64,000 nt of DNA, taken from an uncultured Coriobacteriia bacterium. Lineage in GTDB: Bacteria > Actinomycetota > Coriobacteriia > Coriobacteriales > QAMH01. A program made the position numbers and the translations under genes. This document shows positions 43,388 through 51,525 of this stretch, piece by piece. Numbering within the stretch: the stretch's first letter is position 1; every line of letters starts with the position of its first letter. The notes under the pieces are model-generated. The model ran no database searches. It saw only the letters and a list, made by a program, of their open reading frames with translations, and was not told the DNA's origin. Location: assembly GCA_949879855.1 (NCBI GenBank), contig CATLBX010000001.1, positions 82 to 64,081 of the forward strand. Direction: 5' to 3'.

Positions 43388-43774
43388 ATGGGATTTGGGC
43401 AGATAGTTAATAACGAGCTGCTAAAGCGAGATATGACACCTGCTGATCTATCAAGACAGCTTGGGTGGAATACAGGTGTGTTGTCTCAGTATATGAATAA
43501 TCCGGATCGCGATCCGCGTCTATCGACTGCCGCAAAAATTGCAAAGGCGCTCGATGTCTCCCTCGACTACCTGGCCGGCCTCACGGACAACCCGTCAGGC
43601 ATGTGCGCCGAGGAGCTCGAGGGACTGCGCGTCGACGCTGAGGCGCGTGCCCTCCTGCGCGGTTTCGACCAGCTCACCCCCGAGGGCAAGCACGTCATCG
43701 TCGAGCAGGTCGACTTCCAGCTATCGAAAAATAGGGCGCAGGTGTCTGATAGTGCCGTTTGCGAGGTGGCGTAG
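43388..43774 (+). CDS. CI-like repressor (XRE-family HTH, 128 aa)
   Basis: AAAGGAGG RBS. MTPADLSRQLGWNTGVLSQYMN...AKIAKALDVSLDYLAG. Confidence 0.75.
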   Translation: MGFGQIVNNELLKRDMTPADLSRQLGWNTGVLSQYMNNPDRDPRLSTAAKIAKALDVSLDYLAGLTDNPSGMCAEELEGLRVDAEARALLRGFDQLTPEGKHVIVEQVDFQLSKNRAQVSDSAVCEVA

Positions 43775-44362
43775 ATGAGCAAAGGGGATGCCACGACAAT
43801 CCGCGGGCTTTCCGTTTTCAGCCGGATTACCAGCATAGCTAGCATAGCCGGCTTCATATTGGCATGCCTCAACAACTTCGGGGTGACGCTTCCCGGCATT
43901 CTCGAGCCAATCGCGGCGGCGACGTTCGTTTGGTTGCCAATCCTGACCCTCGTCCTCGGCATGGCAATCGGCCTGGGCATTCGCAAATCTTCAGTCAAGC
44001 GCCTCAACCTTTACCTTCGCGCGCGAAAGCTCACCGAAGTGCAGGAAAAGATGGCGATTGCGATGGCCGAGCTCACCGACCAGCAAAACGAGATTCTTCT
44101 GACAGCCTACGAGCAATCGTATTTCGACAAAGACAACGAGATGATGGAGCTCATCGACCCAGCGGGTGACCTGAAGCAATTCCTGACCAGGTCCCAAGAC
44201 CCCGTCGGCGAGGAGTTCGGGCGCGAGATGTACCGCTGGTTTCTCGTCGAAGATGCCAGAAGGGTCGGAAACGAGATACCCGAGGTGTTCACGAGAGCAA
44301 GGGCGTTTCGCGCGGAATTACAGGATGTTCGAGACAACTACGACAAACACCCGTATGGATAA
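43775..44362 (+). CDS. Membrane protein (195 aa; 2 TM + cytoplasmic domain), lysogeny-expressed; possible superinfection exclusion
   Basis: Start codon follows immediately after the repressor stop codon. Hydrophobic segments ITSIASIAGFILACL and AAATFVWLPILTLVLGMAIGLGI. Confidence 0.55.
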   Translation: MSKGDATTIRGLSVFSRITSIASIAGFILACLNNFGVTLPGILEPIAAATFVWLPILTLVLGMAIGLGIRKSSVKRLNLYLRARKLTEVQEKMAIAMAELTDQQNEILLTAYEQSYFDKDNEMMELIDPAGDLKQFLTRSQDPVGEEFGREMYRWFLVEDARRVGNEIPEVFTRARAFRAELQDVRDNYDKHPYG

Positions 44363-44449
44363 TTTTTTGCTGATAGCCGCCGACCCAGCGCGGCGTATCG
44401 AAAAAGACGGGCAAGGTCGTGAGGATCTTCCCGGTATGGAGGAGATAGC

Positions 44450-44839
44450 ATGAGCTGTGATTATTGCCTTGGATCAAAGCCGTTCGTCGTCGCCGACGAG
44501 GACATCGGCGGCCTCGACGTGAGGGTAGACGGGAGCGATCTGGTCGTCAGGTACTACGACGGGCACGTCCTCTGTGACGAGGAGGTGATCCGCATCGGCT
44601 TTTGCCCTAAGTGCGGGGCATCCCTACCCGATGACGGGAGCATCGCGCGCAAATCGACCATGCCGCCGCACAGGGTCTCGTCGCCCTATCCGGACACGCG
44701 CCTGTGGTGGGAAAGCGAGGGGAAGTGGAACATGGAGGTCATCAGCGGAAACGCCCGCCGCACCAAGATGTTCTACGGAACGCATGACGAGGCGAAGGAG
44801 GCCCTTCTCGTGTTCTACCGAGATGTCAACGAGAAGTGA
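44450..44839 (+). CDS. Zinc-ribbon protein whose C-terminal half resembles the integrase N-terminal domain (129 aa)
   Basis: CDYC...CPKCG. RLWWESEGKW...RRTKMFYGTHDEAKEALLVFYRDV compared with integrase WRLWANTAEEGRKFRRFTGTYSMARRALDDFVREL. Confidence 0.5.
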   Translation: MSCDYCLGSKPFVVADEDIGGLDVRVDGSDLVVRYYDGHVLCDEEVIRIGFCPKCGASLPDDGSIARKSTMPPHRVSSPYPDTRLWWESEGKWNMEVISGNARRTKMFYGTHDEAKEALLVFYRDVNEK

Positions 44840-44843
44840 GATT

Positions 44844-44915
44844 GAGCGAGCCCCGCGCAACGGGCGGCCACCCAGCGCGAGGCTCCAAATCGAACCAACC
44901 GAACAAATCGGAAGG
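44844..44915 (+). repeat. Left copy of a ~72-74-bp direct repeat (hairpin GAGCCCCGCGC...GCGCGAGGCTC + CAAATCGAACCAACCGAACAAATCGGAAGG)
   Basis: Aligns with 45885-45958 with a few mismatches. Confidence 0.8.
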
Positions 44916-45177
44916 ATTGTTTCCGGCGTTCTCTTCCACTGCCTCTTTTGGCTATGTTTGCGTTTCCGATGTTGTCTCGTGTTGTCTAGTGTTTGCTACG
45001 GTAAGGAGATGGTTGCTTGACGAACGAGCGCTCCATGGATTAGATTACTCATCGACACACAGAACCGTCTCCGGTCTGTCGTCGTCGCTTTGATACGGTC
45101 CATGGCGATGAGCCCCCGCGATATAGGCGGGATGCGTAAGCCATGGACCTTTTCTATTTCTAGAGGCAGGAGGTCAC

Positions 45178-45876
45178 ATGACAAGGACGGCCGTGCTGGT
45201 GGACGGAGGGTTCTACCGCAAGCGAGCGGAGCACTACTGGGGCGAGCGGAAGGCCGCCGAAAGAGCAGACGAGCTCATGAAATACGTCTTTCGCCACCTG
45301 GACAAGAAGGACGGTCCCTGCAGAAGGGAGCTCTACCGCATCTTCTACTACGACTGCCCCCCGATGGAGAACACCGTGTTTCATCCCCTGAAGGGGAACA
45401 TCGAGTTCCGCAAGCTCGACGGGTACACGTGGGCCCTGAGCTTCTTCGACGAGCTCAAGAAGTGCAGGAAGGTGGCGCTTCGCATGGGCAGGCTCTCTGA
45501 GGTGGGCATGCACTACGAACTCACGCCGGATGCGACCAAGAAGATCGTGGCGGGAAGGAAGAAGGTCGAGGATCTCGAGGATTCCGATTTCCGCGTAGCT
45601 TTCAAGCAAAAGGGCGTTGACATGCGCATGGGCGTTGACATCTCGTCACTTGCCTACGAGGGCATAGTCGACCAGATAATCCTGATCGCAGGCGACAGCG
45701 ATTTCGTGCCAGCTGCCAAGGCGGCGAGGCGCAAGGGCATCGACTTCATCCTCGACCCCATGGGAAACCAGATCAGCGACGACCTTTTCGAGCACATAGA
45801 CGGCATGGAGTCGTTCATCCGGGAGGGCGACCCGTTGAAGCCCAAGAAGAAGGCGAAGCCGAAGCCGAAGAGCTGA
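45178..45876 (+). CDS. NYN-domain (LabA/DUF88-like) putative ribonuclease (232 aa); prophage moron
   Basis: RTAVLVDGGFY at the N-terminus and IILIAGDSDFVPAAKAARRKGIDF. Own RBS GGAGG and an upstream TTGACG-N17-TTAGAT promoter-like element near 45017. Confidence 0.7.
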   Translation: MTRTAVLVDGGFYRKRAEHYWGERKAAERADELMKYVFRHLDKKDGPCRRELYRIFYYDCPPMENTVFHPLKGNIEFRKLDGYTWALSFFDELKKCRKVALRMGRLSEVGMHYELTPDATKKIVAGRKKVEDLEDSDFRVAFKQKGVDMRMGVDISSLAYEGIVDQIILIAGDSDFVPAAKAARRKGIDFILDPMGNQISDDLFEHIDGMESFIREGDPLKPKKKAKPKPKS

Positions 45877-45884
45877 CGAAAACA

Positions 45885-45958
45885 GAGCGAGCCCCGCGCG
45901 TACGGGCGGCCACCCTGGCGCGGGGCTCCAAATCGAACCAACCGAACGAATCGGAAGG
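45885..45958 (+). repeat. Right copy of the ~72-74-bp direct repeat
   Basis: Perfect hairpin GAGCCCCGCGC-N18-GCGCGGGGCTC followed by the same CAAATCGAACCAACCGAAC.AATCGGAAGG. Confidence 0.8.
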
Positions 45959-45973
45959 CAGGTGCATCATACC

Positions 45974-47125
45974 ATGCAGGTGAAGTCATCGGGAATCCTC
46001 AGCCTCGAGAAGGACAAGCCGAACGGCAAGTGCCGCAAGTGGCGTCTGTGGGCAAACACCGCAGAGGAGGGGCGAAAGTTCAGGCGCTTCACGGGGACGT
46101 ACTCCATGGCCAGGCGAGCGCTCGACGACTTCGTGCGCGAGCTCGGCGCGGTCATCCCCAATGGGGACACCCTCGCCGCCTACGCCGAGGCACGGGTGGA
46201 GGCACGCGCCGCATCGGGCGACATATCGCCGAACACCATCGACAAGGAGCGCCGCAACGTGCGCGCGATCGCGCGCGCCCCCTTCGCCGGCATGAGGATG
46301 GACGAGATCGGCCCGGCGGACTGCCGCGAGTCGCTCGCCTGGATAAAGGCGAACCCCCAGCGCCCGAACCTCGTGCGCGAGGAGGGCCTGTCGAACACGA
46401 CGATGCGCGGCATCTACCGCTTCGTGCGACAGACCTTCGGGCAGGCCGTCGACGACGAGCTTCTCGCCCGCAACCCCATGGCTAAGGTCAAGGACCCGCG
46501 GGACGACTCGCCCGAGGTCGAGGCGCTCCCGTGGAGAGAGCTCGAGCGCATCCTGGACCTGCTCGACAAGCAGCCCATGTCCGGATACGTCATGGCGCTC
46601 TACCTCATCGTGTGCGACGCGCTTCGGCGCGCCGAGTCGGTCGCGGTGCTCGACGCCGAGGTACAGGCGTCGATGTTCAGGGTCTCGCAGGCCGTAAAGG
46701 AGGCCGACGGCACGGTCGACGACCCGAAGTCCGAGGCAGGCAAGCGCGACATGCCGGTGCTCCCCAGGCTATGGGGAAAGGTCGGCGAGATGCGGGCGTG
46801 GAAGAGGGCGAGGGGCCTTGCCGACGCGCTCCCCCTGGCGTGCAACTACAAGGGCGGCGTGATCAGGCCCCAGAACCTCTACAGGTGGTGGAAGCGAATA
46901 ACCGTGGGGACCGATTTCGAGGACGTGGGGCTGCACCAGATCCGCCACAGCAACCTCTCGCACGTCGCGCGGCGCATGTCGGCCTACGACCTGATGCGCT
47001 ACGCCGGATGGAGCTCGCTCGAGCCCACGCGCACCTACATCCACGACGACTACGCGACGCTGTCGAGATGCTACTACGAGGCGTTCGGCATGGAGGGAAG
47101 CGACTCGATCAGGCTCGCCGCGTAG
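45974..47125 (+). CDS. Prophage integrase (tyrosine recombinase, 383 aa from ATG 45974; GTG 45962 possible)
   Basis: ALRRAE (R), HQIRHS (HxxR), YAGW, TRTYIH (Y). Ends 130 nt before attR. Confidence 0.85.
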   Translation: MQVKSSGILSLEKDKPNGKCRKWRLWANTAEEGRKFRRFTGTYSMARRALDDFVRELGAVIPNGDTLAAYAEARVEARAASGDISPNTIDKERRNVRAIARAPFAGMRMDEIGPADCRESLAWIKANPQRPNLVREEGLSNTTMRGIYRFVRQTFGQAVDDELLARNPMAKVKDPRDDSPEVEALPWRELERILDLLDKQPMSGYVMALYLIVCDALRRAESVAVLDAEVQASMFRVSQAVKEADGTVDDPKSEAGKRDMPVLPRLWGKVGEMRAWKRARGLADALPLACNYKGGVIRPQNLYRWWKRITVGTDFEDVGLHQIRHSNLSHVARRMSAYDLMRYAGWSSLEPTRTYIHDDYATLSRCYYEAFGMEGSDSIRLAA

Positions 47126-47133
47126 GGCGTCTC

Positions 47134-47151
47134 CTGGCACAAAATTGGCAC
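47134..47151 (+). promoter_or_regulatory. 18-bp motif CTGGCACAAAATTGGCAC, candidate arm-type site (copy 2)
   Basis: Identical to 6908-6925. Confidence 0.4.
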
Positions 47152-47255
47152 ATCCAATCCGCTTCCGTTGTTTCCCGCCGTATGCGAAATGTGACAAGAC
47201 CGGGGATTATCGGATATGGTTGTTTCCGACGTTTCCCCAGGTCATCGCGTTTTCT

Positions 47256-47299
47256 AGTACGTCAGGGGTTCGAATCCCTTATGCCCCACCATGAAACGC
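47256..47299 (+). other. attR core (displaced 3' fragment of tRNA-Arg)
   Basis: 44/44 identity to 6827-6870. Lacks the tRNA 5' half. Confidence 0.85.
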
Positions 47300-47301
47300 A
47301 A

Positions 47302-47334
47302 GGGCCAGAGGCTGTAGCTTCTGGCCCTTTTCTG
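47302..47334 (+). terminator. Terminator-like hairpin following the tRNA fragment (GGGCCAGA...TCTGGCCC-TTTTCT)
   Basis: Diverged homologue of 6874-6903. Confidence 0.6.
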
Positions 47335-47421
47335 TTGCTAACACACCCAGAGCTTTCGTCCAAGCGTATTCATACAACACCCTGTTCTTGCGAAATCGCC
47401 CAGCACCATCGCGTTCCTCCC

Positions 47422-47712
47422 TTACGTACAATGCGTCCCTTTTTCACAAAGAGAGCTTAACGTCCATTCAGCCTGTCTTTTACTTATGTCAAGGCTCTCG
47501 GATATGACCTGAGCGCTAGTTTTGGAGTTCTTGCAGATGATCTTCAGAGCAGCTATTTCAGTCTCGTTCAAACCATCAATGACATTACCGACGCCCTTTT
47601 CTTCAGCCGAGGGATGCGTCCTTCGATGTCGTTTTCGGTGTAGAGATGACTCATCTACACCTCCTCTCTTAACACCTCTCATTTCATCGCCTGGGGAAGA
47701 TCGAGGGCACAA
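47422..47712 (-). pseudogene. Possible remnant of a winged-helix/HTH C-terminal domain gene
   Basis: Only the ..IDGLNETEIAALKIICKNSKTSAQVISESLDISKRQAEWTLSSLCEKG segment looks protein-like. AT-richer patch with no credible N-terminal domain. Confidence 0.3.
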
Positions 47713-47774
47713 GAAGGTACAAGCGAGCAGAGTGCATTATTCCGACTCCCTCAGTCAGAGTGTCGACTCCAAGA

Positions 47775-47816
47775 AAGCAGCGGGGCCGGAAGCAGAATTT
47801 CCGGCCCCACTGCTTT
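47775..47816 (-). terminator. Intrinsic terminator (AGCAGCGGGGCCGGAA...TTCCGGCCCCACTGCT)
   Basis: Long GC hairpin with T-rich flanks downstream of the 47844 gene. Confidence 0.65.
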
Positions 47817-47843
47817 AATTCGATTTACGAGAGCATTCGCCCT

Positions 47844-48626
47844 CTAATGGAAGCAAAGCCTGCAAGGCTCGAGACCTCTGGCGCGCGCCGCGTCGATGCT
47901 TATGGGCGTTGTGTTGCTGCGCTTCGTCGAGGAGCAGGATGCGCGATGATATTTAGTACCGGTTTTGGTAATGTACACGGTATCTGACACCGACGGTCCC
48001 GATGACGAACCAGCGTTGGAAGATCCGCTTGTATCGGGTACGGGAGCGGGGGCAATCGTTCTTCCCTCGCCAATGGCATACCAGCCAATGCCTTCTCCGC
48101 GCCATCCGATGCTGACGAGTGAGTCGTTCTCGCCCTTAGATGTTGTGTAGTTATGAGAACCCGAATTGTTGCGACGAGCGCTGGGGTTAACATTGGGGTT
48201 GAACTGGCGATAGAGCGGAATATCCTTACGACTGTCCGAAGAATACCAGCCGATGCCCTCGTCTCTCCACCCGACGCGAACCAGCTCATTGCGCTCCCCA
48301 ACATCCATGGTGTAGTGATGATCAGTACCCGAATACAGACGATAGACCGGCGTTTCCGACCATGCGGGTGCAACCCAACCGATGCCCTCATAGGTCCAAC
48401 CCACGCTCACAAGGCTGTCCTTCTCTGCCGTATCTGCAGTGTAGAAATGCTCGCCAGAGTTCGGATTGTATACGCGGTGCATCTCCTGGCTACCGGCATC
48501 CAGCGCATGAGCGTTTGTGGAGCTAAGCGAGAGTGCGGCAAACGCCAGCAGAGCAAACGCCAACATGAGCAATGCCATAACGGCGGATCTGGAACAAGTG
48601 CGTGAAAAGCATGATGTATCTCGCAT
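47844..48626 (-). CDS. Secreted protein: YRxYNPN wall-binding repeats + C-terminal Cys motif (KYHRASCSS...EPCRLC)
   Basis: Signal peptide, four repeats and a Ser/Gly linker. Confidence 0.75.
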   Translation of the reverse strand: MRDTSCFSRTCSRSAVMALLMLAFALLAFAALSLSSTNAHALDAGSQEMHRVYNPNSGEHFYTADTAEKDSLVSVGWTYEGIGWVAPAWSETPVYRLYSGTDHHYTMDVGERNELVRVGWRDEGIGWYSSDSRKDIPLYRQFNPNVNPSARRNNSGSHNYTTSKGENDSLVSIGWRGEGIGWYAIGEGRTIAPAPVPDTSGSSNAGSSSGPSVSDTVYITKTGTKYHRASCSSTKRSNTTPISIDAARARGLEPCRLCFH

Positions 48627-48816
48627 TGGAATGTCCTAACCTCGAGAAAAGATGAACCCATATATTATACTGCGGTTATTTCCACGCTAGTTCCTCGCAT
48701 TTGCAGATGCCCACGGAACGTCATGCCATCATCCCCGCCCCAAACGCAACGGGCCGGCATATGCCGGCCCGTCTTGTCTTCCCGTGCAGTCACACTGCCC
48801 GGTTGTTACGCCAGTG

Positions 48817-49872
48817 CTAGAGCAATCCGGTCGTAATCGTCTCGATGATGGGACGCTTGTCCTTGTCGATCATTCCGTTGCCGGGATCGTTGCCGGGCTT
48901 GCCGATTTCGTCGCAAATCTTGTCGACGATCTCGATGCCATCAATGACGTACCCGAAGACGGCATAGTGTCCGTCCAGATCCGTCACATCCTTGTGGCAG
49001 ATGAAGAACTGCGAGCTTGCGGAGTTAGGGTCGGTGGAGCGGGCCATGGAAATCGCGCCGCGCGTATGCGAGAGGGGGTTGTCAAACCCGTTGTCGGAAA
49101 ACTCACCGATGATGTTCTCGCCGCTACCGCCGGTGCCCGTGCCCAGCGGGTCGCCGCCCTGCATCATGAAGTCCTTGATAATGCGATGGAAGCCCTTGCC
49201 ATCGTAGAAGTCCTTGTTGGCAAGCTTCACGAAGTTCTCGACCGTCTTGGGAGCGGCGGTCGCGTCCAGCGAAACCGTGATGGTGCCGTAGTCCTTCAGG
49301 GCGATGTCGGCATAGTACTCAGTGCCGTACCAGCTCTCGCCCTCGTACTTCCAGCCCGCGTTCACCAGGATGTCACGCTCGCCGGCATCCTTGGTGTAGT
49401 GATGGTTGTTGGCGAACTCGTTGGGGTTGTAGAGACGATAGAGCGCGACGCGCTTCGTGGGGTTGGAGCGCCAGCGCTCGCCCTCGTCAGTCCAACCCTG
49501 CGCCACGAGGGCGTCACGCTCGACGGTCGACATCGTGTAGTGATGCTCGCCGCCAATTGAGTTGTAGAGACGGTAGACCGGATCGCCGTCGGTAGTCGCG
49601 ACCCAGCCCCTTCCCTCGTCGTCCCAACCGTTGGCGATGCAGTTGTCGCGCTCGACCTCGCTCGAGGTGTAGAAGTGCTCGCCGCTGTTGGGGTTATACA
49701 GACGGAACATGACCTCCGCGCCCGTCTTGCCGTTGGCCGCGTACGCCTGCTGTGCCGGCTGCGCGACCATCGCGAGCGCAAGCGCCACCGCGCACGCGCA
49801 CAGCGCCGCGAGAAGCGCCTTGGCGATGCTCCAGTGTCTCGACTTCGAAATCTCCATGTGTTCCTCCTTCAT
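48817..49872 (-). CDS. Secreted peptidyl-prolyl cis-trans isomerase (cyclophilin type) with N-terminal wall-binding repeats
   Basis: FHRIIKDFMMQGGDP...SMAR...NSASSQFFI cyclophilin motifs, a signal peptide and three repeats. Start 49872 or 49857. Confidence 0.8.
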   Translation of the reverse strand: MKEEHMEISKSRHWSIAKALLAALCACAVALALAMVAQPAQQAYAANGKTGAEVMFRLYNPNSGEHFYTSSEVERDNCIANGWDDEGRGWVATTDGDPVYRLYNSIGGEHHYTMSTVERDALVAQGWTDEGERWRSNPTKRVALYRLYNPNEFANNHHYTKDAGERDILVNAGWKYEGESWYGTEYYADIALKDYGTITVSLDATAAPKTVENFVKLANKDFYDGKGFHRIIKDFMMQGGDPLGTGTGGSGENIIGEFSDNGFDNPLSHTRGAISMARSTDPNSASSQFFICHKDVTDLDGHYAVFGYVIDGIEIVDKICDEIGKPGNDPGNGMIDKDKRPIIETITTGLL

Positions 49873-49903
49873 GCGCTAGGCGCTTGTCTTTCCAGGGCGC
49901 TCG

Positions 49904-51502
49904 TTAGCGTCCCTCGATTCCATACCAGGCAATGCCCTCATCGTTCCAACCAAGGCCGACGAGATGATTGTGCTCGACCTCACTGGTCGTGTAGTTGTGG
50001 TTGTTCGCGTACTCGTTGGGGTTGTACTCGCGCATGAGCGGCGTGTATCCGCCCGAGTACCACCTGACGCCCTCGTCGATCCATCCCAGGCTCACGAGGT
50101 TGTTCTTCTCGACGCTTGACATCGTGTAGTGATGCTCGCCGGGCAGGTTAGGATTGTAGAGGCGGTAGACGGGCTGGCCCGCGGACGGGGCAATCCAGCC
50201 GATGCCCTCGTCATTCCACCCGTTGACGATGCAGTTGTCGCGCTCGACGGTGCTCGAGGTGTAGAAGTGCTCGCCGCTGTTGGGGTTGTAGACGCGGTAC
50301 ATCGTGACGCGCTCTCCCTCCGGCTCCGTGGGCCTGGGGGCCTCCGGGTCATCGGGGATGTAGCGGCTGTAGCTATCGGCGATGTTGTTGCGGTCGTTGG
50401 CGATCTGCGTGGCCGTGAACGTCTTGTCCAGAGCCGCCGAGCGCCACTCGCCCGCGGGCAGCGTCGTGAGCACGCCCTTCGTGGCACCCTTGAAGCTGAA
50501 GCCCGTACCCAACTTCACCTCTGCGAGGCCGTCACACCCGCCGAACATCGTGTAGGCGCCGAGCACCATCCTCGTCACCTTGGACGTGTCGAAGTTCGAG
50601 AGGTCCAGGGAGCGCAGGGCCTTGCAGCCGTAGAACATGCCCTCCATGCTGATGACGTCCGAGGTGTCGAAGTGGGAGACGTCAAGCGCCGAAAGCGACG
50701 AGCATCCGGCGAACATGCTTCCCATGACCGCGACCTTCGACGTGTCGAACTTGGAGACGTCGAGGGAGCCAAGCGAGACGCACTGCCAGAACATGCTATC
50801 CATGTGAGTCACGCGCGAGGTGTCGAACTTGGAGACGTCAAGGGACGAAAGACGCGGGCAGCTTGCGAACATGCCGGTCATGACCTCGACCTTGGAGGTG
50901 TTGAAGCTGGATATGTTGAGGGACGAGAGCATGGTGCAGGACTCGAACATCGCCTGGGTCTTGATGACGTTCGCGGTGTTGAAGTTCGAGACGTCAAGCG
51001 ACGGAAGCGCCGCGCATCCCTTGAACATCATGGTCATGTCGGTGACGTTTGTCGTGTTGAAGTGCTTGACGTCGAGAGAGGCAAGCCTCGTGCAGCCAAG
51101 GAACATGCTCTCCATGTTCGTGGCGCGCGAGGTGTCCAACCCCGACAGGTCCATGGACGTGATGAACGCGCAGTCGGCGAACATGCCCGAAAGGTTCTCG
51201 TTTGCCTTGACGCCCGGCTTGATGACGACGGCCTTGATCGCACTGCGGTTGCCGAGCCATGGCGCGCTGTTGTTCGTGTGGTACTCGAGATTGCCGAGCG
51301 TGCCGCTTGACCCGTTGGTGGGTGCGATCGTGAGCGTGCCCGAGCCGTCGATGGTCCAGGTGCACTCGCCGCTCGTTCCCTTGGCGGGGGCGTCCGCGTG
51401 AGCCGACAGGGCCGCGACGGGCACGAGGGACAACGCCAGCGCGAGCGTGCAGAAGAGCGCGATGATGCCCTTCAACGGCGTGGTTTGCGTCTTGGTGGTC
51501 AT
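49904..51502 (-). CDS. BspA-type/DUF285 leucine-rich-repeat surface protein + C-terminal wall-binding repeats
   Basis: About 9 repeats of L.SLD.S.FDTS.VT.M..MF..C, a signal peptide and three C-terminal YRLYNPN repeats. Confidence 0.8.
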   Translation of the reverse strand: MTTKTQTTPLKGIIALFCTLALALSLVPVAALSAHADAPAKGTSGECTWTIDGSGTLTIAPTNGSSGTLGNLEYHTNNSAPWLGNRSAIKAVVIKPGVKANENLSGMFADCAFITSMDLSGLDTSRATNMESMFLGCTRLASLDVKHFNTTNVTDMTMMFKGCAALPSLDVSNFNTANVIKTQAMFESCTMLSSLNISSFNTSKVEVMTGMFASCPRLSSLDVSKFDTSRVTHMDSMFWQCVSLGSLDVSKFDTSKVAVMGSMFAGCSSLSALDVSHFDTSDVISMEGMFYGCKALRSLDLSNFDTSKVTRMVLGAYTMFGGCDGLAEVKLGTGFSFKGATKGVLTTLPAGEWRSAALDKTFTATQIANDRNNIADSYSRYIPDDPEAPRPTEPEGERVTMYRVYNPNSGEHFYTSSTVERDNCIVNGWNDEGIGWIAPSAGQPVYRLYNPNLPGEHHYTMSSVEKNNLVSLGWIDEGVRWYSGGYTPLMREYNPNEYANNHNYTTSEVEHNHLVGLGWNDEGIAWYGIEGR

Positions 51503-51525
51503 GTCTTTCCTCCTTGGGCGTACGG

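Larger units (their letters stand above)
6827..47299. mobile_element. Integrated siphovirus-like prophage (~40.5 kb) in the tRNA-Arg(ACG) 3' end
   Basis: A 44-bp perfect direct repeat (6827-6870 = 47256-47299) covers the tRNA 3' part. A full set of lysogeny, replication, packaging, head, tail and lysis genes lies between the copies. Confidence 0.9.

Noticed and set aside
47422-47712. Intact regulatory gene next to attR
   Set aside because: Only about 50 aa resemble an HTH and the rest is low-quality sequence in an AT-richer patch. It is treated as a probable remnant rather than a functional gene.
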